Shown: piece by piece, positions 48,140 through 60,895 of the stretch
How positions within the stretch are numbered: the first letter of the stretch is position 1
Layout of the letters: each line of letters opens with the position of its first letter
Source of the DNA: Carcharhinus longimanus
Taxonomy: Eukaryota
Assembly: GCA_030264375.1 (NCBI GenBank)
Contig: JASCQW010000132.1
Span: 76,809,933-76,873,932 of the forward strand
Length of the DNA stretch: 64,000 bases
Reading direction: 5' to 3'
Notes under the pieces: model-generated
What the model was told of the DNA's origin: nothing
The model's database searches: none
The model's input: the letters and a program-made list of their open reading frames with translations, nothing else
Made by a program: the position numbers and the translations under genes

Positions 48140-50128
48140 AAACATAGAACATAGAAAATAGGAGCAGGAGGATGCCATTTAGTCTTATGAGCCTGCTCCA
48201 CTGTTCATTATGATCATGGCTGATCATTCAACTCAATAGCCTCATCCTGCCTTCCTTCACCATATCCTTTGTCCCCTTTTTCCCAAGAGCTATATCTATC
48301 TCCTTCTGAAAATATCCAATGTTTTGACCACAACTGCTTTCTCTGGCAGCAGATTCCATAGGCTGACCATTCCCTGATTGAAGAAATTTCTCCTCATCTC
48401 AGTCCTAAAATATTTACCCCATATCCTTAGACTGTGACCCTTAATTCTGGACACCGCCACCTACCACCCGCACCCCCCCACCCCGCCACCACCATTGGGA
48501 ATATCCTTTCCACATCTACCCTGTCTAGTCCTGAGTATTTTGTAGGTTTCAATGAAATCTCCCCTCATTCTTCTGAACTGCAGNNNNNNNNNNNNNNNNN
48601 NNNNNNNNNNNNNNNNNNNNNNNNNNNNNNNNNNNNNNNNNNNNNNNNNNNNNNNNNNNNNNNNNNNNNNNNNNNNNNNNNNNNNNNNNNNNNNNNNNNN
48701 NNNNNNNNNNNNNNNNNNNNNNNNNNNNNNNNNNNNNNNNNNNNNNNNNNNNNNNNNNNNNNNNNNNNNNNNNNNNNNNNNNNNNNNNNNNNNNNNNNNN
48801 NNNNNNNNNNNNNNNNNNNNNNNNNNNNNNNNNNNNNNNNNNNNNNNNNNNNNNNNNNNNNNNNNNNNNNNNNNNNNNNNNNNNNNNNNNNNNNNNNNNN
48901 NNNNNNNNNNNNNNNNNNNNNNNNNNNNNNNNNNNNNNNNNNNNNNNNNNNNNNNNNNNNNNNNNNNNNNNNNNNNNNNNNNNNNNNNNNNNNNNNNNNN
49001 NNNNNNNNNNNNNNNNNNNNNNNNNNNNNNNNNNNNNNNNNNNNNNNNNNNNNNNNNNNNNNNNNNNNNNNNNNNNNNNNNNNNNNNNNNNNNNNNNNNN
49101 NNNNNNNNNNNNNNNNNNNNNNNNNNNNNNNNNNNNNNNNNNNNNNNNNNNNNNNNNNNNNNNNNNNNNNNNNNNNNNNNNNNNNNNNNNNNNNNNNNNN
49201 NNNNNNNNNNNNNNNNNNNNNNNNNNNNNNNNNNNNNNNNNNNNNNNNNNNNNNNNNNNNNNNNNNNNNNNNNNNNNNNNNNNNNNNNNNNNNNNNNNNN
49301 NNNNNNNNNNNNNNNNNNNNNNNNNNNNNNNNNNNNNNNNNNNNNNNNNNNNNNNNNNNNNNNNNNNNNNNNNNNNNNNNNNNNNNNNNNNNNNNNNNNN
49401 NNNNNNNNNNNNNNNNNNNNNNNNNNNNNNNNNNNNNNNNNNNNNNNNNNNNNNNNNNNNNNNGCTGGAGAAATTTGGGTTGTTCTCACTGGAACGAAGG
49501 AGGTTGAGGGGTGACCTGATAAAAGTCTACAAGATTATGAGGGATATGGACAACGTGAATAGTCAGAAGTTTTTTCCCAGGGTGGAAGAGTCAATTACTA
49601 GAAGGCTAAGGTTTAAAGGAGATGCATGAGGCAAATTTTTTACACAGAGGGTGGTGGCTGCCTGGAACTCGCTGCCAGGGGAGGTAGTGGAAGCAGATAT
49701 GATAGTGAGTTTTAGGGGGTGTCTGGACAAAAACATGACTAAGATGGAAATAGAGAGATATAGCCCCTGGAAGGGTAGGGGGTTTTAGTTCAGTCGGGCA
49801 GCATGGTCAGTGCAGGTCTGAAGGTCCTGTACCTGTGCTCTAATTTTCTTTGTTCTTTGTTCTTTATATAAGCCCAACTGACTCAATCCCTCCTCATATG
49901 TCAGTACTGCCATCCCAGGGATCAGTCTGGTAGACTTTCGCTACACTCGCTCTATAGCAAGAATGTTCTTCCTCAGGTAAGGAGGTGAAAACTACACACA
50001 ATATTCTAGATGTGGCCTCACCAACACCCTGGATCATTTCAACAAGACATCCATGATCCTGTATTTGAATCCTCTTGCTATGAAGGTTAACATACCATTT
50101 GCCTTCTTTACTGACTGTTGCACCTGCA
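48140..50128 (-). mobile_element. CR1 3' portion, split by a gap and by a plus-strand CR1
   Basis: catagaacatagaa tail at 48143; LQFRRMRGDFIETYKIL before the gap; resumes at 49868-50128 (RPHLEYCV-like). Confidence 0.8.
49464..49865 (+). mobile_element. CR1 3' end
   Basis: LGLFSLERRRLRGDLIKVYKIMRG...FFTQRVV; ttctttgttctttgt tail. Confidence 0.85.
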
Positions 50129-50440
50129 TGTGGCACAGTGGTTAGCACTGCTGCTTCATAACTCGAGGGACCAGGGTTTGATTTCCGGCTTGGGTCACTG
50201 TCTGNNNNNNNNNNNNNNNNNNNNNNNNNNNNNNNNNNNNNNNNNNNNNNNNNNNNNNNNNNNNNNNNNNNNNNNNNNNNNNNNNNNNNNNNNNNNNNNN
50301 NNNNATTTAAATGGTCATTGGATAAACATAAGGATGATATTGGAATAGTGTAGGTTAGATGGGCTTTAGATTGGTTTCACAGGTCAGTGCAACATCGAGG
50401 GCCGAAGGGTCTGTACTGCGCTGTAAATTTCTATGTCCTC
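50129..50440 (+). mobile_element. HE1-like SINE (gap inside)
   Basis: gtggcacagtggttagcactgctgc head; CR1-type tail after the gap. Confidence 0.65.
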
Positions 50441-51384
50441 TATAGTTGAATTGATCCTTCAAAGGGCCAGCACAGACATGACAGCCAAATAGCCTCATTC
50501 TGTGCCATAATCATTCCATGAACCTAAGTACAGTGTGTAGTCACTGGTACCATTGTGCTTTTAAGGTTGCTTTTTCAAACAGCAGTTCAGTCTGCGGGAG
50601 CCCAGCTATGAAGCGCAGATCACTTAAGGCGCCTTGTGCAGGCTTTGTTATGATTTTCTCATAAATCGAACCATAGACAACCCAAACTTCTAAAAGGAGC
50701 TAGGCCAGCATAATATGACATCCGTAATTTATATTAAAAGGGAAAAAGAAAGATCTTTTTCCAAAAGAAATTCTTGACTAATCCAATTCTTCAAGTCATG
50801 AATAAGAATATCTTCTGTTAATATTGCCTCCAGCCAAGTTTATGTAAAGGAAAGCAAAATAAAAAAATTGGCAGTGTCAAAAATGACTGCAGCATTCTCT
50901 GATTGCTTTTCTAAGTTGTAGGAATATACCAGAAATGGCAACGAGGCAGGTCTGCTTGTTTATTTTGGCAGAGAAAACCCCTAAAGAAATGTTTAAAAAT
51001 AAATGAGATGATTACATAAAGCATCTGTTTTGAGAATTGAAAATTATGTGTGAGTGTCCGCTGTCAGAAATGTCTATCTGACTTGTAAACAAATCGGGGG
51101 ATCCCATTCCCAAATAATGGGATGTATTCATATCTGCCAAATATCATCAGTGTGCAGAGGGTTTCCAGCTTTCCTAACACTGGTCAATGAATCAGTGTTA
51201 GGGGAAGACCTGTCACGCTTCTTTCCACCACGATTATTCTTCCAATTTTCCTGGCTTCTTCACTGAAGGTAACAGAATACTGGGGTACATTCCCATGGGG
51301 AGAAGGCATTAGCAGCCCTTCAATTCCTTCGGGTTTCTTCACGTGTAATGCTAAATAGCGAACGGCAACGGGGAAGGGAAGTCA

Positions 51385-51670
51385 ACTGGACAAGGACATC
51401 ACAGCTCTGTCAGTCTGGTTCACAATGGATAGCGATCAGGAGCTGTAAACTCTTACTGATTTTCTGCCATCCCTGAACATAGTAAGACGTCTCACAACAC
51501 CAGGTTAAAGTCCAACGGGTTTATTTGGTAGCACAAGCTTTTGGAATGTCGCTCCTTCTTCAGGTGTGTTGCAGGCCTGAGACCAGGTACAAAGCTACAG
51601 TCACTTACGCAGAGGTTGTCCAATTCAGCACAGATTGAGCTTCAGATCATCTCAGTTCGCATGACCTTGA
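51385..51670 (-). mobile_element. LF-SINE-like element interrupted by a Penelope terminal repeat
   Basis: Reverse strand: aatctgtgctgaattgg ... gaaaatcagtaagagtttacagctcctgatcgctatccattgtgaacc ... agctgtgatgtcc. Confidence 0.65.
51481..51566 (-). mobile_element. Penelope family A terminal repeat with hammerhead-like motif
   Basis: Reverse strand cacCTGAAGAaggagcgacattccAAAAgcttgtgctaccaaataaacccgttggactttaacctggtgttgtgagac. Confidence 0.85.
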
Positions 51671-51844
51671 GCAGCAAGTTTATTACAGGAGCTCCATCAC
51701 ACTTTTTAACCCAATAAGAACTGCAGAAATTCTATCCAGCATCGGTAATTGTTACGTGACTGCAACAAATGTCAGTTCATTTCTTTTGCCAGTAACCCAT
51801 TTAATTAACAGCTTGTCTGTTAGCATCAGTTATTCTTCCTGTAT

Positions 51845-52025
51845 AAGTTTCCTCCAAGTGCTCCGGTTTCTTCCCATAGTCCGAAAGATGTGCATTGGCC
51901 ATGCTAAATTCTCCCACAGTGTACCCAAACAGGTGCAGGATGTGGTGACTAGGGGATTTTCACAACAACTTCATTGCAGTGTTAATGTAAGCCTACTTGT
52001 GACACTAATAAATAAACTTTAAACT
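51845..52025 (+). mobile_element. V-SINE tail type B, 5' truncated
   Basis: gtgactaggggattttcacaacaacttcattgcagtgttaatgtaagcctacttgtgacactaataaataaacttt. Confidence 0.85.
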
Positions 52026-52639
52026 TACCACTAATCAAAATGGCCACAAAAGAGTTGCCAGTGGTGATTTTAATTTATTTGTGGCACCAGCTTTGATTAT
52101 TCACATCAGTCTATTGCCAGTTATTTCTGCTTTCAAACTCCCAATGGTACACAACATATCTTAATATTGACATTGATGTAATGATTTTCTTTTGTCATCG
52201 CCCATGCTTTGGATGTGAAGCTGTCTGAGCAGATCTTTAATGTGCTAAAATGAATTTGGAGGAGTTGCACTAATACCTCACGTAACTTAGTCCTTTGGAA
52301 TGTCTAAACTATGCCAAGTAGGAGCCTGAACATGACACGTTCTCAAAACTTAGTGAGTATTAAGCTGAACCTTATTGAACAGACAGAAATTCCATGCACG
52401 ACACTTGCTGTGACCTGTGCGATATGTATCTGTTTTTCAGTGGGGCTCTAACTTTCATGCCAGCTCACATATCAGTTTACAGAAGCAATCCAATCAATAG
52501 AATCCAGATAGGTATCATTCAATATTGAATACAGTTGCAATAAATTATTACAAATGATACACAAAAGGGAAATGGCATGCGAGTAAATACATTAAAGAAT
52601 TGCAATATCGAGCCCCTTGCTGGTTCCCTTGATCAATAA

Positions 52640-52937
52640 GGTGGCACAGTGGTTAGCACTGTTGCCTCACAGCGCCAGGGACCCGAGTTTGATTCCCATA
52701 TTGGGTCACACTCTGTGCGGAATCTGCATGTTCTCCCCATGTCAGCGTGGGTTTCTTCCCAGTGCTCTGGTTTCCCCTCACTATCCAAAAGTGCTGGTTA
52801 GGTGCATTGACGAGGCTAAATTCTCCCTCGGGTTCCCCGAACAGATGCCAGAGTATGGCGATTAGGAGATTTTCACAGTAACTGCATTGCAGTGTTAGTG
52901 TAAGCCTACTTGTGACACTAATAAATAAACTTTAAAC
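52640..52937 (+). mobile_element. V-SINE tail type B, full length
   Basis: ggtggcacagtggttagc head and type-B tail. Confidence 0.9.
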
Positions 52938-52944
52938 TACAGAA

Positions 52945-53165
52945 GCACCACCCAGTGTAAAACTGAGCCACACAGATCCCTGTTTGATTTGCAAACCGTA
53001 TGTGATCGCACAGCGTTGTGGGTGTTGATAGGGAATCTATAATTGGCCTGAGCTGGGTAAAAACGCAGCACTAGTTTGTGCCTTGATCACTATGCAATGA
53101 TTCCAATTGGAAAGTGGGTGCTGGTGTTACATGAGACTGCATTGGCCTTAGCTGTGACACCACCA
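52945..53165 (+). mobile_element. LF-SINE-like element
   Basis: actgagccacacaga...ctataattggcctgag...tgatcactatgcaatga...tggaaagtg...ttagctgtgacacc follows the LF-SINE consensus order. Confidence 0.6.
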
Positions 53166-53879
53166 TCTGCACTGGAGCAAGCAGTGGTTGCTGTCTTTTC
53201 GCTGCTCCAGCATTAGCGTCATGGTAACTTGCTGACAGCCTCGCCATTGAAAGGCACTGAATGGCATAACATTGCTGTCAGCTACCAACTCAACCCTCCA
53301 CAAAAAGTTATTTCAAATCTTAGGTATTCTTTCAGCAATGTGATATATGTTAGTTACAAAAATTGCTGCCTAGGTTTGTATGAAACTGACCATTTAGCCA
53401 ATGCATGTTAGGTGTGTATCACCAGCATTCATGTTTTGGGCCAAGATATTTTTTAGAATAATGATGATGCTAATGTCACCTGCCATTATTTATGCACAGG
53501 TACACTGCAATTTTAACCGAGGGGCAGATATGCAATTAAACTCAAAAACCCGAACCTTATTGTTTGTGTTACACCTGCTCCATCAAATTAGCATTGTGAT
53601 CACAGTAACTTACTGATAATCTCATAGCATAAAATTGCTCTGTTTATAAGACAGTGGTAATTACTGCTAATCAACCTCCCTGGCACCGAAAAGGAACTCA
53701 CAACGTGGAATTTTATTTATTTGGGTTTTACTTGAAGGAGATTTCAAAAACATTTAAAATTTTCAAAACAATTTTAACATTTTTGCTTTTCATTGGAAGT
53801 TTTCTTTTTTAATTTCATTTCTTTTTTAATTTCATTTCTTTTTCTGTACCTGATTCGATTCTGTGTTCATCCACTCTAA

Positions 53880-54015
53880 GGCTGGGATCTTCCAGTCCCT
53901 CCAATAGCAGGAATCCTCAGGGGAGGAATGGAAAATTTGAAGGACCAGCTAAAGGTCTGTTGACTTTGGGCAGGAATTTCTGGACTCTCTATGGGCGGGT
54001 CTGGAAAATCCTGCC
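53880..54015. mobile_element. Harbinger-type MITE
   Basis: ggctgggatcttccag...ctggaaaatcctgcc flanked by TAA/TAA. Confidence 0.85.
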
Positions 54016-54054
54016 TAATTTACACTTCCTTCTCGGTCCTTGTGCTGTTAATTT

Positions 54055-54195
54055 AATAAAGTTTATTTATTAGTGTTGCAAGTAGGCTTACATTAACACT
54101 GCAATGTAATTACTGTGAAAATTTCCTAGTTCGTCACACTCCGGGGCCTGTTTAGGTTCACTGAGGGAGAACTTAATCCATGGCCAATCCACCTA
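54055..54195 (-). mobile_element. V-SINE tail type B, 3' half
   Basis: aaagtttatttattagtgttgcaagtaggcttacattaacactgcaatg. Confidence 0.85.
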
Positions 54196-54290
54196 ATAAT
54201 TCTTCTATCTGTGCAGTTCAGGTAATGCAAGGTTGTCTGCTTTGTCCACTCGGGTTCCAGATATCCTGTTTCCCTCGGTGGGCTGCGATG

Positions 54291-54628
54291 GGCAGCACAG
54301 TGGCACAGTAGTTAGCATTGCTGCCTCACAGTGCCATGGACCCGGGTTCAATTCCAGCCTTGGGTGATTGTGTAGAGTTTGCACATTCTCCTCGTGTCTG
54401 TGTGGGTTTCCTCTGGGTGTTCCAGTTTCCTCCCACAGTCCAAAGATGTGCAGAGTAGGTTGATTGGCCATGCTAAAATTGCCCCTTAGTGTCCTGAGAT
54501 GCATTGGTTAGAGGGATTAGCAGGTAAATATGTAGGGATATGGGGGTAGAGCCTGGATGGGATTGTGAACAGTGCAGACTCAATGGGCCAAATGGCCTCT
54601 TTCTGCAATGTAGGGTTTCTATGATTCT
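54291..54628 (+). mobile_element. HE1-like V-SINE, full length
   Basis: ggcagcacagtggcacagtagttagc, B-box ggttcaattcc, CR1-type tail. Confidence 0.9.
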
Positions 54629-56289
54629 TACCTTCAGTGACTGGTGTCATTGCACACAATAATTGCTAACAAGATCCTAATTCTTCTGCGTTTGTGGAAA
54701 AAATGGTATATGCTGTTATTGTTGTCTCTTTCAAAAAATCATTCTCTTACTAGTCCATTTCATCTATTTCAGAGGCCCTAATGATTTTGAAAGACTCTGA
54801 CAATGCATGTCTGGGTAATTTCATGAATTTGCATTCTTAGTCTTCCATGATTTAAAGCTTCACATTTGAAGCATGAGTTATGCAAAATTACCTCTCGGAA
54901 CTCCCCCACTGATTTGCAATCACAGTTTGCAGCCACTAAAAAACCCATGACTGAAAAAGGAACTGTCACCAAGCAGCAAAAAGGTCTGTGGCTGGTTCCT
55001 CCACACGTTTTACCAGGCAGCACTTTTGAATGTCTAGGAGATTCTAGCAATCAATGAGGGACAGCCGTCCAGCTCAGTGCTGTAGTCTATTCTTTGGTCC
55101 ATGGAGCCTTCTGTCCTAGTTGCCACTGGGAGGCCAACTCCGTTTAGCTGGCAGCTATCCCTCATGGCAATGTAAAATGTCCCTTAATAGGGCTAATGGG
55201 GCTTTTATCTATGTAAACAGTGGAGAGCAATCTCTCCATATCCTGCCCCACCTTGGTAAAATTGCCCAGTGGCAATACCACATCAAGGAACCAATACCTG
55301 CAATCCTGCCATGTTGCTTCTTGTGGGCCTGTAAAATCTTGGCCAATAAGTCTGCAGCAACAAAAGTGAGGGCTTATATTGAAGAATATATATCTCACAA
55401 GTTAATTAACTTGGGCACTGACCTGTCTCAGGATAAGCTACTTGAATGTTTTTGGAAGATACCTACTTCCCCCGAACCATCTCCTGTTGCATCCCACCCC
55501 TGTACTCGCAATAGGCTTTAGAAAATGAACTTCTGAAAACCAAAGACAGATGTGGCGGATATGTCGAGTGTTGGTGGTATGGATAGATAGGGCAAAGTCT
55601 GTTCTTGAATAGTTCAAACTGGTAAATGTAGATAATATCTGGGAATATTCATTCAAGTGGATCTGTGGCCAGTTACTACAGACAGGAAAATGTATCCTGG
55701 ATTTGCACATCTGTCATTTTGTAGCCAGAACATGGAGCTGGGAGCCTTGCTATGGACTGAGATAAGGAAAACTTGGACTGGCTTATATAACATGCGCAAT
55801 ATTAATATGTTGGCACAGACAGTAAATTAAGTTGAAAACAGTTCAATGCTTATTTGTTCAGAATGAGATATTTCTTCAGACAATCATGTATAATCGTGTA
55901 GAAAGGGGATTCTAAATTGAGAAAGGCATGTTAAGGCCAGCAACATTTGCTTCAATATGTGATCTCCAACATCATGCTCACTGAAGCAAGTTATGAGATC
56001 AAGTACAGAAAACGAGTAAACATGAGACGAAGCCTACCATGATTGTGTGAAAATGAGCTTCAGTAAGATCGCAGACCACAATACTGTGAATGAGTATGCT
56101 TCTGCTCTCTAGTATTTGTGCACATAGTCTAGAAAATTAACAAAGGCTGATAAATAGTTATATAAAAAATCTGACTCACCCACAAAAATCTTACAACTTA
56201 AAAGACAACAGATTAGTTAAATGTTGCCCTCAATATAGGCCTCTTACCATGGATACATTTTCATGGTGAAAAGCTTAATTGAATATTGC

Positions 56290-56425
56290 TGACAAGAGAG
56301 ACATGCTGCCAATGCTTTACATCTTGTACTCATCAGCACACGCGCAAGAATGCCAAATTTCAAATGATCACAATAATTTATACTAGAGGAGAGAAGTGTT
56401 CTGATTGGGTGGCAAGTTGACTCTG
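56290..56425 (-). mobile_element. Penelope family C terminal repeat fragment
   Basis: Homologous to 14090-14220; reverse strand gtgCTGATGAgtacaagatGTAAagcatt. Confidence 0.65.
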
Positions 56426-56814
56426 AAACTCCCATTTTTATTATATGGTGTTCTAATGTTTTGGTAATCAGATCACACTATTTTCTGCATTTCTGGTCCT
56501 GCATCATGAAATGATCCTACAATTTCTGCAAGGATCTCAGCATCTTTAGTGCTTGGTGACTATTACCTGCTATCTGCCTCTTTTACAGTCTTTCAAGGGA
56601 AGAGGAAGCTGGGATGAGTAGATGGTTTCTCACCCTCAAAACACCAAATCCACAACCTCCGAGCACACCCCAAATTATTAAGGAAGGCTGGAGATCTGTG
56701 GAGAAACAGTTCCTTCCTTGACTAGTACTAAAAAGCATGAAGCCTGCCATTAAAATGCTTGCATTCATATTACCTAATACTCATAAACCAGAAGTGAAGG
56801 TGTTCTATGAGTCC

Positions 56815-58000
56815 AGAGCCAGGAGTTTGCACTCGCTGAGCAGGTGCACAACAGACACAAATGATCGTGAAATGGGTGTGATAATGTGAGGAGAGCATCC
56901 TGATGCCATCTCACCGCATTGCAATATTTTGGTCAGCAAGCATGCAAACCACACCTGCTGATAGTTAAAGGGGCAATTAAAGTAATTTAAGGGGCAAAAT
57001 TGGACAGCAATTTTGAGTGACCTGTGCACTTTTACATTCAGCGCATGGGTCACTAGGCCAGGCAGACTTCATTTTTTTAATGTGTTCTATATCCAGCAGG
57101 GAATAAATGGATCACATGCTGGTGGTAAAGGTGAATAGTTAGGAATCTATCTACAAATTATCTGGAGCTGGTTTAAAGATGGTTTCAGGCATTTTTTGTT
57201 GTTCTAGAGAACTCTCTGGCTTTTCAGCATCTGCAGATCCCTTCCGTCAATTAGCCCCTTCAGTGCAGAAACTTGTACAACCATCTGCACAAATATGGGG
57301 ATTAGAGGGACCTCCTCAGAAGAGGAGGAGATGGCTAGAAGGGCGAGGAGGCCAATGGTGACAGACAGTGCTCCTGAGTGGGACTGATGGAATGAGAGGA
57401 GCAGCCAGAAGGGATGCAGGGCCATCAGGAAGTGCAAAGTGGAAGGTTCTGGAGAAAGCACCATTACCTAGCAGGCAGAATTTACAGGCAATACTCATGA
57501 TACCTAGACAAATCTGAGGTTCAGTGTGAAGAAAGTTCCACCTCTTCAGAGGGACTGTTACCTCCAGGTGTGAAATGATTGGTTTCAAAATCACCTCCAG
57601 CTGTGTAGGGAAGCACTCTATGCCAGCAACTCCGAAGGTGACAGGTGTCCTGAACTATTATGCCTTCAGTTCTTTCCAGAGGTCAGTGGAGATCTATGCA
57701 ACGTCTCCCAGTTGGTTGCATCAAACTTATCACCGACACACTAAGCAGGATGTTACGGCCTCACTCGTCCCAAAACCGTAAAATCCCACGGTCAATGGAC
57801 CTTCCCATGCTCTACCCCTCGTCCACTCCGATTCCCATGGTGGGCGGGCCGGTAAAATTCCAACCACTGTTCTAAAGAGTCAGTTTATTCACTTCAGGAC
57901 AGGCAAGGCCAGCCAAGCTGAGCCAGCCAGAGGTTTTGCTTCGATTGCAGGATTTTTTCACACCCAGGGAGCCATTGATTGCATTGTATGCATCAACTCC
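56815..58000 (+). pseudogene. Harbinger/PIF transposon remnant with decayed HARBI1-like DDE transposase
   Basis: MPATPKVTGVLNYYAFSSFQ (=KV.AAL.FYA.GSFQ), CIKLITDTL, then QFIHF...ARGFASIAGFFHTQGAIDC (=AGFP.V.GAIDCTH). Confidence 0.85.
57743..57865. mobile_element. Harbinger-type MITE inserted in the transposase remnant
   Basis: Reverse-complement homolog of 62249-62375; flanked by ACT/ACT. Confidence 0.85.
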
Positions 58001-58390
58001 TTTGATGAAGGATATTCCAGTGAACACCTGGTGTGAAAGGAAGTGGGAAGAATATGAAAGTCAGAACCATGCAGTGAGCTGGTGAGAAAACATGCCAGAA
58101 CTGCCTGAGTGAAGAGATGCCCTCTCCTTCAGTGGCTATCAAGTTGGAATTGCAAGTTCCAATATTTGAAAAGTGAGAGTAAGAGTCAAATGGACCACAT
58201 CACAGGTAGTTGCAGTTTACTGTAGATTGAGTGCCTAGTGTATATATCATACATCCAAGTCATACCTATAGTGGCATCTCTTAGGGTTTTCTGCTGTGAC
58301 ATGAGTCATGATTCTAGACAACTAATTACCCATTAAGCTAATAAACTGTAGACAACTGATTGGTGTGAACCTGTACAAATTCCTTTACAT

Positions 58391-58658
58391 TGGCGGCAGT
58401 GTGGGTAGCATTGCTGCCTCACAGTGCCAGGGACCTGGATTTGATTCCCGGCTTGAGTCACAGTCTGTGTGGAGTCTGCAGATTCCCCCTGGGTGCTCCA
58501 GTTTCCACCCACAGTCCAAAAGAAGTGCTGGCTAGGTGAATTGGCCATGCTAAATTCTCCCTCAGTATACCTGAACAGGCGCCAGAGTGTGGTGACTAGG
58601 GGATTTTGTTGCAGTGTTAATGTAAGCCGACTCGTAAAGCTAATAAATAAACTTTAAA
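58391..58658 (+). mobile_element. V-SINE tail type B
   Basis: Head cagtgccagggacctggatttgattccc; tail ctaataaataaacttt. Confidence 0.85.
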
Positions 58659-60576
58659 TTTGCACGATGTGTGTCTGCTTCTAAACGTACTGCTTTCATC
58701 CTGCAGTGAAAACTCCAGGGTTTCTTCGCTGGAGGCTGTGCTTTTTAGTTCTTCCACCTCTGTAATAACACCCTTTTAAGAATGCAGCTCTTTGAGAGCT
58801 CCTGCACCTCTGATTCTCTTTGTGCTCCAGCCTTTCTTCAATTTTTTGCTTGGTGCTACGACTGCTTTGTTTATAAAATAAAAGAAGCCAAAAACCAGAT
58901 GGGGATACACACAATCCAAGAAAGAGTCTCCTTATTTACTTACACAAACTAAATAGTTTCTTGTTTCCATTTTTGTCCAATAGATGACAATATAATATCA
59001 ACATACATTACATTTAAACTAAATAAGGGATGCAAAGACAAATAATAGCAAAAAAGTAACAGATGCTTTAGGAAAAAAAGCTGAGTCTGCCTTGCAACTT
59101 CCACTTAGCCATTTTGCACTTAAAAATTGGACAGGCAGCAATTGAAAATTGGCCAAAGCCTACCCAAAGCGATTTTTAGACGAGGTTGCATTTCAATCAG
59201 GAGGCTGCTAACCCAGTTGTATGATCCAATTTGCAATTTTCAGGTAAAAATGGGCAGAGGGGCCTAACCAGTTGTCCTTAAAGTGACTGCTAAGGAAACT
59301 CCAGAGAAATACCCAAAAGTTTTTCTTCCGCTGGCTTCACAAAAATACTGTGGCCCAATGTCAGCCTTGTTCAACGCCCTTCGGGATTAGGCTCAATCTT
59401 CTTTCCAACTGAGTGTGTAGATTGCTTTTTTGCCATCTTCCCATTACTGGCCAACTTTAAAGGTGATCCATTATTCCATTCCAGTTTTGTCTCTTACATC
59501 CACCCTTTCCCCATAACCCTGCGCACTTCACCTAATCCACATAACTTACATATCTATGGACAGAAAGTCCCACTTCAGCATCCATAACTTCCCCTCTCCA
59601 TTCAAATGAGGTCTGAACCTAAAAGTGCCAGATTTGGGCAGCACAGCTGTTTCACCAACCACCTGCTTACTTTGGGTGGATGTCAAAACTTAACCATCTG
59701 GACTTCCACGGCCCAGTTTGAAAAATTATTTCTTCATGCCCTGGTCTGCAGCTTTGAAGGCCACTTATTCCAGAAGTATTTTTCTTTTCTCAAATGACCT
59801 TCAGAAAGTGCGTAGCTTGAAGAGGTAAAATTATCAACACTGTTTCCTCACTTTCTATTCCTGGGAAGGCTTCCAAGCAATTGCCTGTGTTTCAGGGTTC
59901 CAAGCCATCCTCTCCTTTGCAAGGAACTTTTGGTTTTGATGTATCAAAATCTTTAGCTGTCTCCAGCTGAATCTTGTTGTTAATCCTCCAAAATATAACA
60001 GAGACGTTAGAGAAGGAAAGAAAGGAGGAGGAGTCAATGTTGCTAAGGAGAACATTACAGAGCTGGAGTCAGAGACTGTCCCAAAGGGGCCAAGGACAGA
60101 ATCTATTTGGTTAGAGTTAAGAAATATTAGAGGTTCCGTTATCATTGCTTATAATTCGATTGGCCACTGACAAATGGGAAAAGCATAGAGGAATAAATTT
60201 ACTAAAAATTTGCAGATAGGTGTGAGAAGTATAGAGTAGATATATTGGAGATTTTAGCTATTCTAAAATAGGCTAGGATAGTCATGGTATAAAGGCCAGA
60301 GAAAGGAAAGAGTTGCTAGTGTGTATTCAGGTGAATTTTCTACAGAAGCACGTTTTCAGTGCAAAGAAGAAAGAGTCACTGCTGGATCTTGTTCCAGGGA
60401 ATGATCACGTGGATCAAATGTCATTGGAGAAACATTTAGGAGACAGTTATCATGATATCTTTAGGTTTATGTTGGCTTTGGAAAAGGACAAAGAGCAATC
60501 CATGGTAAAATTAATTAACTGGGGGAGAGCCAACTTCAGTGAGGTGAGACGGAATCTGGCCCTAATAAATAGGAAT

Positions 60577-60895
60577 CAAAGATGTTCAGCTTAGGTGGAT
60601 TGGCCATGGTAAATTTCCACTAGTGTCCAAAGATGTGTAGGTTAGGTGGATTGGCCATGCTAAATTTCCCCTAGTGTCCAAAGATGTGCAGCTTAGGTGG
60701 ATTGGCCATGTTAAATTGCCCCTTTGTGTCCATAGATATGTAAGTTATGTGGATTAGGTGAAATGCGCAGGGTTATGGGGAGAGGATGGAGAGAAAAGGA
60801 CAGAGAGGAGGGGAGGGTCTGGTTGGGATGGTCTTTCAGAGAAGCAATGCAGACTCAATGGGCTGAATGGCCTCTTTCTGCACAATAGGAATTCT
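60577..60895 (+). mobile_element. 5'-truncated HE1-like SINE with ~3.5 copies of a 51-bp unit
   Basis: caaagatgtg.ag.ttaggtggattggccatg.taaatt.cc.ct.gtgtc repeated over 60577-60756, then a CR1-type tail. Confidence 0.88.

Noticed and set aside
48434-49514. Longest ORFs in the track (320-357 aa), also 21502-22111
   Set aside because: Almost entirely N bases
53800-53845. 17-bp AT-rich tandem repeat (tttcttttttaatttca)
   Set aside because: Ordinary low-complexity slippage
56575-56720. Acceptor-like ctcttttacAG followed by a 43-codon open frame
   Set aside because: No recognisable peptide and no partner exon; such sites are common by chance
60577-60756. Regularly spaced repeats superficially like a CRISPR array
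   Set aside because: Head-to-tail tandem units with no unique spacers, inside a eukaryotic SINE; no cas genes
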